This document shows, in pieces, positions 37,593 to 50,769 of a stretch of DNA of 64,000 nucleotides; position 1 is the stretch's first letter; every line of letters begins with the position of its first letter. Origin of the DNA: Octopus sinensis (taxonomy: Eukaryota); the NCBI RefSeq assembly GCF_006345805.1, contig NC_043005.1, positions 49,786,001-49,850,000 of the forward strand, in the 5' to 3' direction. Made by a program: the position numbers and the translations under genes. The notes below the pieces were generated by a model. The model was not told where the DNA came from, did not search any database, and saw only the letters and a list, made by a program, of their open reading frames with translations.

Positions 37593-38570
37593 CATACATT
37601 CATGATATGATAAACACACCAATATATAGTTGAAGCATTGTTTGTTTCTTTAAAACAATTCTGCGAAGTATCACCACCACCACCCGCTCCATCTAAAGAA
37701 GTTGTTTAGTAATCGCTTTAAATAATATTCAGTATATCTTTAATTCCATTATATCATAAATATAAATATTAAGAGTTGCAACTTTGATTACCGCCACTCC
37801 ATCCCTCCTTTGTAAGTTTTATTCAAGCGTTGTTGGCATTCTTGACGAACCGACAAGATTATGACTGAAAGTCACGTGAAATGTATCACAAGTTGTGTCC
37901 ATGCATAAAAATAGAAGAAAAGAAAGTGGGAGGGGGTAGACGAGGAGGAAATTAACAAATGGGGTACTATATACACACATACACACACACATATATATAT
38001 GAAGATTCGGTCGGGTTTCTCAAAGAGGAAGTTTGATGATATATTTTCAGTCAGAGACTCTTGTTTCGTTTCGTGCACGTGGTTTTTGTGGACGTAGATT
38101 TCTAAGCACGTTGTATATAGTCATACACACAAGTGCTCGCACATTCATACCCATCACATGTAGATCTTTTTTTTTTTTTACTTTTATCTGCTTTTGCTTG
38201 TTTCAATCAATGGATTGCGGCCATGCTGGGGCACCGCCATATAAGTTTATTTATTTATATATTTTTGTTTTCAGCCGAAAAATCGACACATGTACTTATT
38301 CTTCTCTCTGGTACTTTTTGTTATATTAACCCTATTAAAAAAAATTGGTTCTCTCCCCGCCCCCGTTTTACCGAAAATAACGGAAAACATGTAAACTAAA
38401 AAAATTAACGAACACGAGGAGTGGCTGTGTGGTAAGTAGCTTGCTTACCAGCCACATGGCTCCGGGTTCAGTCCCACTGCGTGGCACCTTGGGTAAGTGT
38501 CTTCTACTATACCCTCGGGCCGGCCAAACCCTTGTAAGTGGATTTGGTAGACGGAAACTGATAGCCCGTC

Positions 38571-38610
<40 letters not shown>

Positions 38611-39109
38611 AGGTTTGGAGATGATGTACAGGTATTTTATATTAGAAGAAATGAGGTACTCAGAAAATCGGATGGTTTTTATTTACAGATATTTATTTGT
38701 ATATTACATTTTTTTTTATACATCATATAACTTAGATCATGTATTAGCGCTTTCTCCCATTCTAGTGGGGTTTTCAAATGAAACTAAGTTCCTGTGTGAA
38801 AAGTTTTGACCATTTTATAGTGGTATTGAGTTTGTAGTGGTGGGGACGAATATAAGACAGTACAAGAGGGTGATGGATGAGGAGAAAGTGAGAGAGAGAG
38901 CATGTGTGTGTTTTTTTGTATTTGGAATGAGTGCTAAAGAAAAAGAGGGGAAGGGAGATGAAACTGATTTATTGGAAGTCCACCTGAAGATTGTCGATCA
39001 AGACAAGAAACGATTGTAGTGGCGGTTTTTTTGACTATTTATTAAAATTTTATGTATTGATTAAGACTTTCCTTGTTTGTTTTGCAAAATAGTGGTTTTG
39101 TCTCTAATA

Positions 39110-39178
<69 letters not shown>

Positions 39179-40366
39179 TATATATGTATGTATGTATGTG
39201 TGTGCTTGTGTGTCTGTTTGTCCACCCCACCCCCCTAACATAGCTTGACAACTGATGCTGGCGTGTTTACGTCCCCGTAACTTAGCAGCTCGGCAAAAGT
39301 GACCGTTAGAATAAGTACTAGGCTTACAGAGAATAAGTCCTAGGATCGATTTGCTCAACTAAAGACGGTGCTCCACCATGACTGCAGTCAGATGACTGAA
39401 ACAAGTAAAAGAATAAAAGAATGAAAACAAAATAAAATTAATAACCATGAAAACTGAAAAAATTTTTAATCTTATGGAATCTGATAACATTTTTATAACA
39501 AATTATACCATGCATATTGAGGAGGCCAAACATCAACAGTATGTTAAAGTATTCAATCAAAAGGATCTAACTCTTTTAATCCAACCTCTTGTTGCTACAT
39601 TAACTCGATTTTTTGGTGGGGAGGTGACCCAATTTTTTAATGGCAATTTTTTAATAGGGGTGAAATCACCAAAAAGTACCTTCTTTCTACTCAATACATC
39701 ACTCAAGCTGCTGGGTTAAATGGATATAAACATACCAACACCAGTTGTCAAGTGGTTTCAGGGAACAAATACGGACACAAAGACACATGTACACATGCCT
39801 GCACACACGACAAGGTCCCACACAGTTTCTGTCAACCAGATTCACTCAGAAGGATTTGGTTCACTTGTGCTCTAGCTGAAGACACTTGCCCAAAAGTACT
39901 ATGCTGTGGTATTGAACCTGGAGCCATGAGATTCTTTACATTGATTACCATTCTTTCTAGAATTAGGAAGCTGGTTTCTAACAAAGAAACAAAAACTTCT
40001 TCCTTGATATCTTAAAATAACAACAGTGATAAGTGTCACATATCAAAATTTAAGAAAGTTTTGCATATTTTTACTGTTCCACTTATAGATTATATCTCTA
40101 ATAGATTTGTGTTAGCCCAGTGCGCCTTGAACTTTTTTCACTTGTGGTACACATATTCTTTTCAAAATTCAGCAGCCCACCTGAACTCAAAATGTAACTA
40201 AAAGTATAAGGGAAAAAATTACATTCAAATTACACTGCAACACACCTAGTATTGTCTCATGGCACACCAGTGTGCCGTGGCATACCGATTGCAGAGCACT
40301 ATGTTAGCCAGTCTCTTTCTTTGCTGGAAAATCCTAGCTTCTTCAGATTGTTATTTTATTTATGCA

Positions 40367-40665
40367 CCCTTTTCAAAGCCTAGCCAGGCTCATGGGCCCA
40401 GTTTCCCAGTTTCTGTGGTGTATGTGTTCCCCCCAGCTGGACAGGATGCCAGTCCATCACAGCGTTACTCAAGAAACAGGAAGAAAGAGTGAGAGAAAGT
40501 TGGGGTGAAAGAGTACATTAGAGGTTGCCACCACCCCCTGCCAGAGCCTCGTGGAGCTTTAGGTGCTTTCGCTCAATAAACTCACACAATGCCCAGTCTG
40601 GGAATCGAAACCGTGATCCTCTAACCACAAGTCTGCTGCCCTAACCACTGGGCCATTGTGCCTCC
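40367..40665 (-). mobile_element. SINE family B variant
   Basis: Minus-strand head GGAGGCACAATGGCCCAGTGGTTAGGG..GGTTTCGATTCCC. Tail shared with 56421. Confidence 0.8.
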
Positions 40666-41217
40666 ATTCTCCAGATTGTAGTTTAGGCATTTACTAACAT
40701 TTGTATGCATGTATGTATGTATGTGTGTGTGTTTGTGTGTTTGTGTGTGGTGTTGGGTCACTTAGTGCTACTGGTAACATGTAACCCAGTACAACCTGTT
40801 GCATGGACGCATGTTTGGGCTGTCGGTGGCAACTTTATGAAACCTACCGGTAAGGAAGGTGGTTTTTATTAACATTTCTGCACAATGATAAACAAAATGT
40901 GTCAAAAGATGGATGAACTCAGTAGAGTCAACTGCCATCCAACAGCTTAGATTACAAGAACATTAGTCTTTGTTTAGATATCTCTTTAAGAGAAGGAAAT
41001 TCTGAAATAACACATGCCATGTTGCTAAGCTGGAGATCTCGCTTTTGCTCATTTCTGGAGTGCTTGGCTTTGTAAGTGAGTCTTAGTGATGTTGTGTAAG
41101 CTGTTATTGATTTTTTAATTTCAGCATGGGCATTGCTGACAGCCATTGTCTTTAATCTCAAGGATAAGATAATTTGTCAGTGATGGTCATATTTGTTTAG
41201 AAGCTGTCAGCCACCAA

Positions 41218-41406
41218 TGCATGTAAGTATGTATGTATGTATGTATGTATGTATGTATGTATGTATGTATGCATGTATGTATGTATGTACATATGTATGT
41301 ATGTATGTATGTATGTATATATGTATGTATGTATGTATGTACATATGTATGTATGTACGTATGTATGTATGTATGTATGTATGTATGCATGTATGTTTGT
41401 ATGTAC

Positions 41407-41437
<31 letters not shown>

Positions 41438-41450
41438 TGTATGTATGTAC

Positions 41451-41481
<31 letters not shown>

Positions 41482-41519
41482 TGAATGTATGCATGTATGA
41501 GTATGTGTGTGTGTGTGTA
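41218..41519. repeat. (TATG)n microsatellite
   Basis: Directly visible. Source of the MYVC/HTYI ORFs. Confidence 0.97.
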
Positions 41520-42367
41520 TGAGGTGCATTCAAAAATTATCTGAATTTATTCTTTCCTGCCAAAACTAATATCGCAAAGGCAAAATCCTTTAGGTGGTAG
41601 ATAACGCCACCCTTTCTGCATATGCGTGAAAATTTTTGTGCTGATAGGCTGTATAAGGTCCAAGCTGTTATGTCTAGAGTACAGACATGTAATATGCACT
41701 TGTCAGATTTTTGTTTTCATGCAAGATAACTGAATGCATCAAGTAGCGAACAAATGACTCTGCCAGCTTGCTACCTGAGATCATCCAATAGTAATTGAAA
41801 ATTAAACTGCTGATGTCGTGCTGTTTTGAAAGTAACATTAAAATCATTGTAAGGTGGCATCTGGGTCTTGGATTGCACAGTGCAGCATGCCCTGAGCAAT
41901 TTCCATGTGGAGTTGCTTCAACAGCTCTGCTAGCACCTTGGGGACGAATTTTGCCAAACCCTCTCTACATGCACAAATCCTTGGGTAAAATGGAATGCAC
42001 TGATCCTGTCCCCATTTCCATTTCATGAGTAATTTCCTGGATTGCTACATGATGGTCTTCCATGATTATTCACCAAACCTTCTCCATTGGCTCCTCATTT
42101 CAGCTTGTGGATGGCCTGCTTGAGTGTGCCTCATTCTCCATGGAAGTGTAGCCATGTTTGAAACAGTTGTATCATTCCTTGATCTGAGTTTTACCCATGG
42201 CATCATCATCAATGGTCCACTGAATCTTCTGGATGGTTTGAGGTTGATTATCCCCAAGCTTTTGGCAAAACTTGATACAATATCTCTGCTTGATGCATTT
42301 GATGGGTCCAAATGACATGTCTGTACTCCAGCAGTAAAAAGTTGGATACTTTTTTTAATGACCCTCG
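41520..42367 (-). mobile_element. Internally deleted mariner transposon
   Basis: TA|TGAGGTGCATTCAAAAATTATCTG ... GGATACTTTTTTTAATGACCCTCG|TA. Minus-strand remnants KLGDNQPQTIQKIQ..AMGKTQIKEWYNCFK and AKFVPKVLAELLKQLHMEIAQGML. Confidence 0.88.
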
Positions 42368-42619
42368 TATGTATTTGTAAATGTGTGGTTTTATGTAAAA
42401 TCAAATAATTAAGCTGCAATTGAAAGAGTCCTCAATACCTAACAAAGAGTTTGACAGTAATGTTAAAGTTTTACCAGTGAATGACAAAACTTGGACATCA
42501 TTGTCAAACTCATTGATCACTGCCATAATGAAACTTCACTCTCACCTTTTTCTTTGTGGACACACACACACACACACGATACACACACACATGATATTAC
42601 ACATGATATTATATATATA

Positions 42620-43020
42620 TATCATCATCATTTATCGTCCATTGTCCATGCTGGCATTAGTTGGATAGTTTGCTAGGCTAGCACACTAGAAGGCTGCACC
42701 AAGATCCAGTCTGATTTGGCATGATTTTCTATAGCTGGATGCCCTTCCTAACACCAGCCACACCGAGAGTATAATGGATGCTTTCATGTGCCACCGACAT
42801 GGGTGTCATTTGCGTGACATCAGTATCTGCCATGACTGCAATTTTGCTCAGCTTGATGAGTCTTCGTCTCAAGCACAACATAATGCCAAAGGTCTTCGTC
42901 ATTGCCTCCATAGGCCCAACGCTTGAAAGGAACTCAGCCACCTCACCTCCATGCGACCCACCCAAAAGGAACTCAGCTGCCTCACTTCTGTGAGGCCCAA
43001 CACTCAAAAAGAACTCAGCC
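42620..43020 (-). mobile_element. RTE-type LINE 3' UTR fragment
   Basis: Same tail family as 2697-3095. Contains tandem ggcccaac..gaactcagcc subrepeats. Confidence 0.7.
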
Positions 43021-43258
43021 AATGTTCAAAGGTTGGTTTTTTTACAAATAGTTATTGTTAAGGTATTATCAAACTGGGCAAAATGCTCCATAAGCTTTCT
43101 GTTTGCACACCAGGCTAACAATATTGTTTAGATTGGCAAGAGGCTCCAAGTATTCTTCTAGCAGGGTCCAAGGTCTATACTTCATCACCATTCTATATTG
43201 AAAATCTGTGGTTGTGCTTCTGTCAAACTGGTTTTTACAGTGAGTAATATATACAAGA

Positions 43259-43560
43259 CAAGGTATAAATAATGGTTATCACATATTTTCCCTTTATTGG
43301 AGTAAATTTGGCTTACAGCTGTTTCCAGTAGTCATTATAGGTTTGTTACTGATAGGTTTCTCAATTGGTCTATTGCTCAGTTGAGTGAAATGGCTCTGAT
43401 GAAAGTAGCATTAATTTTCTAGGCCGTTCAACTTTCTCAACTGATCAATAGACCAATTGACAAACCTATAAGTAACGAACATATGATGACTCTGGAAACA
43501 GCTGCAAGTCAAATTTACTCTAATAAAGGCAAAATAAGTGATGACCATTATTTATACTTT
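43259..43560. repeat. About 300 bp foldback element with CTGATGA in the apical loop
   Basis: aaggtataaataatggttatcac..cagctgtttccag..caattggtctattg..cagttgag is mirrored on the right arm. Confidence 0.85.
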
Positions 43561-43751
43561 GTCTTATATATATATATATATATACAGACATAGGTATGGC
43601 TGTGTGATAAGAAGTTTATTTCTCAACCACATGGATCCAGGTTCAGTCCCCCTGCATGGTATCTTGGGCAGTTGTATACTACTGTAGCCTAGGGCCGACC
43701 AATTCTTTGTGAGTGGATATGATAGATGGAAACTGAAAGAAGCCTGTTGCG

Positions 43752-43784
<33 letters not shown>

Positions 43785-43799
43785 GAGTGTATTTTACCT

Positions 43800-45034
43800 T
43801 GTTAACAATTAACACGGATAAATGAATGAATAGTTACCAGGGCAGCAAAATCTCACAAGTAAAGATGTTGTAACTCCTTGTTTATAAAGGTTGAAACTTC
43901 GTGTTTACGTTGAATATTTGAATAATAGGAATAAAAAATGGAGTCAACGCAGGTTTAAACAAGTATTTTTTCTTTCTACATATGTTTCAAAAATTCCACT
44001 GATACTTATTCAAAGAATAAAGGGTATAAACAATGCAATCTTCTCTTCGGGAAAGTGAAAAAACGAAACTTGTCAATACGACATTTTAGCAAAAATGATG
44101 GATTCGTATAGCGATAGACAGAACGCTATTAATATTGTTTAAAAAACGTTATATGATATAACGTCATAAGTAGCTAACAGAAAGAGTAGGGATATTAATA
44201 GTGAATGTTAAATATAAAGGAATTAAAGTCTAAACTATATAATGATAGAGACTACTTATATGCACTAAAAGTATGCTTTTGCCAATGCTTACATCTGTAT
44301 GCTCGTTCTATAACCGTGTTTACTAGAGTATTTTTAGAAAAAATAATGAAAAATAGCTCAGAATTGCAGAGAAGACAGAATTTCTTGCCTTTGTCATATG
44401 GTATCGAAATTGAGAGGATCACCATTCCAAATGAAATTGTTCATTGTGGTCTTTTAAATTCCAAATCAGTTTGCTGAGACCGGTACTATTCCGTTTATTT
44501 CTATCTCTAAATGTTAAGTAATGGATAGAAATTCTCTTAGATAACTCTAACGATGTGCTTCCAATGTAAAATCGTACTTTATTACGAGTACTGATTATAC
44601 ACTGGTATATAGAATTTTTAATCTTAGAGTTACTTGACATAAATTTAATTCTATTGGGATTGACTTCAGATACAATAACCTGTTATTAATTTCTAGAGGG
44701 TTGGATGGTAGTAGCTAAATTAATGTTAGTATTAGTAAATGTATTAATATTTAACAGTTTGTTATTATGAGAAGATATAATTTGCAAGAGATTTTTTGTG
44801 TTTGAAAAACCTATCCTAACCTTATGTGAATTAATTATAGAGTAATATCTAGAATTATTTGGAAAATTCCTAGCAATAGCTTGACGAAACAGCAGTGGGA
44901 GATTATATAATTAATTCACATAAGGTTAGGATAGGTTTTTCAAACACAAAAAATCTCTTGCAAATTATATCTTCTCATAATAACAAACTGTTAAATATTA
45001 ATACATTTACTAATACTAACATTAATTTAGCTGC
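43800..45034 (-). mobile_element. Penelope-like retroelement 3' remnant (GIY-YIG endonuclease, 3' region, inverted repeat)
   Basis: ORF 44419-44640 NSIYQCIISTRNKVRFYIGSTSLELSKRISIH..STGLSKLIWNLKD is a PLE GIY-YIG motif. Near-perfect ~130 bp IR at 44711-44839/44906-45034. Confidence 0.85.
43972..44055 (-). ncRNA. Degenerate type I hammerhead motif downstream of the GIY-YIG remnant
   Basis: CUUUC CCGAAGA [GAAGAUU..long loop..AAUUUUU] GAAA CAUAUG UA GAAAG: 5-bp helix I, palindromic helix III, U4>C in the core. Confidence 0.45.
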
Positions 45035-45966
45035 AAGCTTTTATAAATGATATCATTACCTAAGTAGAACAAGGACAAACCCAAAATCCTCTCTTAATTC
45101 AGTTTGATACACTATTCCTGCAATGCTAACCACATACAAACTGTACCACCTTTTGGCATGAGCATACTGGGCACTTTTCCAGCTGCCTCAGAGTCTAGAG
45201 CAGCATGTACTGAACTGTGGTTCCCAGGGCTGCATGTGGGCCCTCAGGCATTCTTCCAGTGCCCCACCCCCTGACGGTCTTCCCTTTTTAAATATAATGA
45301 AGTTTTCCTTAATTGACTTGTGTTTTACATTTCGTGGGGAAGACCCCTAAAAATATCCAGGTTTTGGATCTGGCCTGAATATTAAATAGGTTGAGAATCA
45401 CAGGTCCAAAAACACAATTCAAATCTCTGTAAGCTGCAGCTGTGTTTATTGGAGGCTTCAGGAACATTGCTTTGTCCAAGGTCCTATTGTGGTGTTGAGG
45501 CTCTTTGCATACCAAAGGTAAAAGGTATAATCTACCCAAATACAAAAGCAGGTTAAGGAATTTCGCATTGAAACTGTTGTGGAGCTGATACCAAATATCA
45601 AGGAATAGGCTATTGGGATGAATTCAGTTTGGTAAACGAAGAGACAATTGTAGTTGTTTAGAATGTACACATTGGATTGGAACATACATGTAACTATACA
45701 CACATTCACAAAAACAGTTGATATCTAGCCAGAATAACAAGGGCAGGTGAGATACCATGTTCAGTGAAATGCTTTGCAGTTGTGTATGGAAGTGTATGAT
45801 TTAGAGGTCAGGGTATTAGATTCATGATTGTAAGATTGTGGTTTCGATACCTGGGCTGGGTGACACATTATGTTCTTGACATTCTAAGACAAAACTTAGG
45901 GTGTTAATAGCTGAATGAGTCAATGAACATGTAAGGTTATCTTAAGGGAACGGCAAGGAAGACAAG

Positions 45967-46006
<40 letters not shown>

Positions 46007-46103
46007 GGGGAAGCTGGTTATGAGACTACCGTAGGTTTCCCGTCCATAAATGGTTTAGCTTTAAGGCGTACGTATCACAAATCCTGTTGCCCATACCTCT
46101 TAA

Positions 46104-46178
<75 letters not shown>

Positions 46179-46399
46179 TATAATATAGTGTCTGTGTTAT
46201 GTACTGGTGCTATGTAAAAAGCACCCGGCACACTCTGTAAAGTGGTTGGAGTTAGGAAGGGCATCCAGCTGTAGAAACCACGCCAAATCAAACTGGAACC
46301 TGGTGTAGCTCTCTGGCTTGCCAGCTCTGGTCAAATTGTGCAAGACATGTCAGTAAAGTGAGAATGAGCAGCAAGTTAACTGAAAAATTTAACCTGCTA

Positions 46400-46760
46400 C
46401 TAAGTAAGCGTCTATCAAAGTGCAGTTCACAGACTCCTCCTGTTTATTATATTTCTTCAGATCATGACAAAGGGATTTAAAATTGGCTGTGAGAACTCAC
46501 ATATGCTGATGATCTAGTTCTCACAACCAAGAAAGGCATGAAGGCCAATTTAATACAAATGAAAGTTGAGGTTAGCAGGAAAGAAAACAGGATACTAGTA
46601 CTGCCTGGGAAGTTGCCATGCATGGTATGCAGAAAGAGAACCAAATACAATCAATGGGTATACAAGATGTGCAGTAGGATCTCAGGTGAAAACAGGTTTT
46701 ATAGCTAATAGAAACAAGTGGGTCCTTAATAGTAAGAGCTCCCAACAAATGATGTCTTCA
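46400..46760 (+). pseudogene. Degraded RTE reverse transcriptase fragment
   Basis: LLLFIIFLQIMTKGFKIGC..TYADDLVL remnants. Confidence 0.6.
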
Positions 46761-47711
46761 TATCCCATCTACAGCAGAAATCAGATATATCCACTCAAAT
46801 TTTGTTGCAAAATGCAGTTGTAATACCAATTTATCTTTCGTTGAATAATGTCATGTTTGAAACTAGTTTTGTTGAGATATAGGTCCAGGTGTGGCTGTGT
46901 GGTAAGAAGTTTGCTTCCCAACCATATGGTTCTCGGTTCAGTTCCACTGCATGGCACCTTGGCATGTATCTTCTATCAATTGCCTCAAGCTGACCAAAGC
47001 CTTGTGAGTGGAAACTGGTAGCCGGAAACTGAAAAAAGCTTGCTCTGTGTGTGTGTGTGTGTGTTTGTCCCCCTATCACCACCACCTGACAACTAGTGTT
47101 GGTGTGTTTACATTCCTATAACTGCAGCAAAAGAGACCAATAGAAGTGCCAAGCCGAAAATTAGAAATAAGCACTTTGGTTGATTTGTTCAGCTAAACTT
47201 TTTCAAGGCAGTGCCTCAGCATGGCCACAGTCTAGTGGTTGAAACAAAAAAAGAAAAAAAAGAAAAGATATGCCAAGTTTATTGAAGTAATGACTTGCAA
47301 AAAATATTATTTTTTGGTAGATATTTGACATCTTTATTGGAATAACCACAGAATTTAATTTTACAGTTATGTGGGTAGCTGACTAGAAGGCTTGCTAGAA
47401 ATAGTTAATAGCTTCTATTACCTAGGTAACCTAATCAGAAATGGAGTTGAGTGTTGTAATGGCATGATACTCAGAATAAAGAACAGTATGAGACACGCTT
47501 GAGCAAAGAATATAATCAATGGTGTTTTGTATATGAAGTCTAATACTGTTATGGTAGTAAGGTACGGGTACCAAGTGTGGATAATATGCAAATGTTGTAA
47601 AAGGATGGTATCAGTCTGCTTTATAGATTGTTTTAATGTTGCTGTGCACTAACAAGGGAGCATAAGTGTGCCGACAGAAAAAGAAAGGCAAAAAAGAAAA
47701 AAAATGACTAT

Positions 47712-47883
47712 AGGCGCAGGAGTGGCTGTGTGGTAAGTAGCTTGCTAACCAACCACATGGTTCCGGGTTCAGTCCCACTGCGTGGCATCTTGGGCAAGTG
47801 TCTTCTGCTATAGCCCCGGGCCGACCAATGCCTTGTGAGTGGATTTGGTAGACGGAAACTGAAAGAAGCCCGTCGTATATATG

Positions 47884-47918
<35 letters not shown>

Positions 47919-48129
47919 TTGTGTGTCTGTGTTTGTTCCCCTAGCATTGCTTGACAACCGATGCTGGTGTGTTTACGTCCCCGTCACTTAGCAGTCCAGC
48001 AAAAGAGACCGATAGAATAAGTACTGGGCTTACAAAGAATAAATCCCGGGGTCGATTTGCTCGACTAAAGGCGGTGCTCCAGCATGGCCGCAGTCAAATG
48101 ACTGAAACAAGTAAAAGAGTAAAAAGAGT
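47712..48129 (+). mobile_element. SINE family A (young, full length)
   Basis: Complete from AGGCGCAGGAGTGGCTGTGTGG to the (GTAAAAGA)n-type tail. Confidence 0.92.
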
Positions 48130-48267
48130 ATAACAAGGGACATGTGATACATATGAAAATTGATAGTTGGGTAAGAAAAGGGTGAAACGACATAAAAGAA
48201 AGAAATGTACAGTAGAGGAAGAGCTTCCCCATCCCACCATCATACACACACACTCTCTCTCACACAC

Positions 48268-48321
<54 letters not shown>

Positions 48322-48782
48322 CAAAATGTCAGAAGTGATGATGTTTGACAAAAGGCATCACTACATATAGCGAGATGCTGTGTTTGACCCACCCAGTGCA
48401 TGCCAGCATAGAGAAGCAATCATAGATATGATGGTAGTGGTGGTGATGGTGGTAGTGGTGGTAATGATGATGATGATGATGATGATGATGATAATGATGA
48501 CGATGTTGTTGTTGATGATGATGATTGTGGTGGTGATGATGATGGTGACAATGATATGTGCAGGCATATTAACACTTTGATATCAGGAGAATGTTATTTT
48601 TAGGTTCTCAGGAGAATAATCTCTATTTGTGGAAGAGTAATAGTCCATTGTTCTCTAATTACTTCATTGGTGTTATCTATAATAACAAAGATGATAGCTT
48701 AAACCAAATTGATAGTTGCTGTCACACCCCTATTGCAGCTTACTTTCATAAAGAAGGATAAAGAATTAAAGTTTTCATAGAG

Positions 48783-48846
<64 letters not shown>

Positions 48847-48859
48847 CTATACTGACAGC

Positions 48860-50160
48860 AGGGAACACTGATGGGGTCGGGTGTGGGTATACTTCTTGCA
48901 GAGAAATGGGTTGATAAGGTAATCGAGGTAGTCAGAGTATGCGACAGAATACTTAAGATTAGATTAGTGCTTCATCATGTGTTAGCAACCATTATCTCAG
49001 CCTATGCCCCTCAGCCGGGGGTGGGTGGGAGGGGCTACCCCCCCCCCCCGATGGACAGAAAGACTAATTTTATGACACCCCCTTGCAGACTACCTCGTTG
49101 ACGAATGACAGGGACCTTCTCTTTGTGGCTGGTGACTTCAATGGACATGTTGGACAGCATACAGGGGGCTTCCATGGCGTACATGGAGGCTATGGTTTTG
49201 GTTCCCGCAATGACAAGGGAACCAGGATGCTGGAGTTCTGCGATGCAAATGATCTTATGCTTTGCAATACTAACTTCAGAAAACCAGCCAGTCACCTAGT
49301 CACCTACTGTTTTGGCAGATGCACTAGCCAAATTGACTACATCCTTGCCAGAGAAAGGGAAAGATGTCCGCTGCTTATAAATGCCAAAACCTTCCCAAGC
49401 GAAGAATGTACCCCACAACATAGACTGCTAGTTAGCAACTACAAAATCAGGGCTAAATGGATGCCCAGAAGATGACCAGCATGGAAGAGAAGGGTCTGGA
49501 AGCTTAAAGGTCCTGTGAATGGACAGAGATTTAGAGACATATTACGCAAAGCCTTTGACGAAATAGAAGGGGATATAGCTTCACACGATGTGGAAGACAA
49601 CTGGAGATTTCTACGGGACAACCTGCTAAGAGCTACTGACCAATCTGTGGATGGTGCAAAGTTCCCTCTTGACCCAAAATAACGTGGTAGTGGAACAATG
49701 TTGTTGACAGGGTTATTAGAGAAAAGAAACAGGCTTGGAAGGACTGGAAGAACACTGGTAGCAGGGAATTGTATCAGACTGCCAGAAGGGAAGCTAGGAA
49801 ACAGGTTTATTTAGCTAGAGGAGAAGCAGATAAGAAAAAATTTGTCAATGTTCTGCAATGTAAGGACCAAAGACTTGAAGTATTTCATGTTGCAAGACAG
49901 TGTGTGAGAGCGAATTGTGATGTCATAGGAGAGAAATGTGTCCACATGGATGATGGTTCACTTGCACTAAATGGGGCTGAAAAGAGAGAGGTCTAGAGAT
50001 GCCACATGCCACTATGAAAGGTTGCTCAATAAAGAGAATGAATGGGAGAAAGAGAGTCTGCCAAATGTTGACCTAATAGAGGGACCAGCTATCTGAATTG
50101 ACAGTACTTTGGTAGATAAAGCAATTAAGAGTATGAAGACAGGGAAATCCCCTGGCCCAT
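48860..50160 (+). pseudogene. RTE-clade LINE fragment (APE endonuclease plus linker)
   Basis: GVGILLAEKWVDKVIEVVRVCDRIL..IISAYAPQ, LFVAGDFNGHVG..NTNFRKP..SQIDYIL..PQHRLLV are APE motifs. Frameshifted. Confidence 0.92.
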
Positions 50161-50267
50161 CAGACTTAAAAAAATGAGTCCTGGGGTCAATTTGTTTGAC
50201 TAAAACTCTTCAAGGCAGTGCTCCAGCAAGGCTGCAGTCATATGACTGAAACAGTTAAAAGAATAAA

Positions 50268-50357
<90 letters not shown>

Positions 50358-50387
50358 ACCAAAAGGGTATGGGCGCCGCTATATATA

Positions 50388-50747
50388 TATGTATATGTAA
50401 AAAAATACATACTGGGACAAGAACGCAAAACATTTAGAAGACGATACAAAAAACACAGACGGGACATTCGAAGCCTTCAATCTTCAGTCAAGAACTGGAT
50501 CATCCTCGCAATTTCGGCTGATTAATCTTGAGATTGCTCCGATCTGGCCAGCCCCAAAGGAAAATCTAAGCCAAGCGCATTAGATTCCTTGGAAGAAAGC
50601 CTCGAATGTATACAAAACAAGGACGGAAAACCGGACGATGTTACAGGATGAAGATTGAAGGCTTTGAATGTCCCGTCCGTGTTTTTTGTATCGTCTTCTA
50701 AATGTTTTGCGTTCTTGTCCCAGTTTGTATTTTTTTACATATACATA
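50388..50747. mobile_element. MITE with about 105 bp TIRs inserted in (TA)n
   Basis: ctgggacaagaacgcaaaacatttagaagacgatac..cttcaatcttca is mirrored at 50648-50747. A partial copy lies at ~21455-21560. Confidence 0.85.
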
Positions 50748-50769
50748 TATATATATATATATATTTATC

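Noticed and set aside
41187-41533. Several 70-110 aa ORFs (MYVC.., HTYI..)
   Set aside because: They are translations of the (TATG)n microsatellite. The same applies to YIYI/HTHT ORFs throughout the window.
50455-50495. CTGAAGA..GAAGGCTTC-GAA motif in the MITE arms as a hammerhead
   Set aside because: GAA is followed by U rather than A15.1, helix II is too tight, and there is no helix I pairing.
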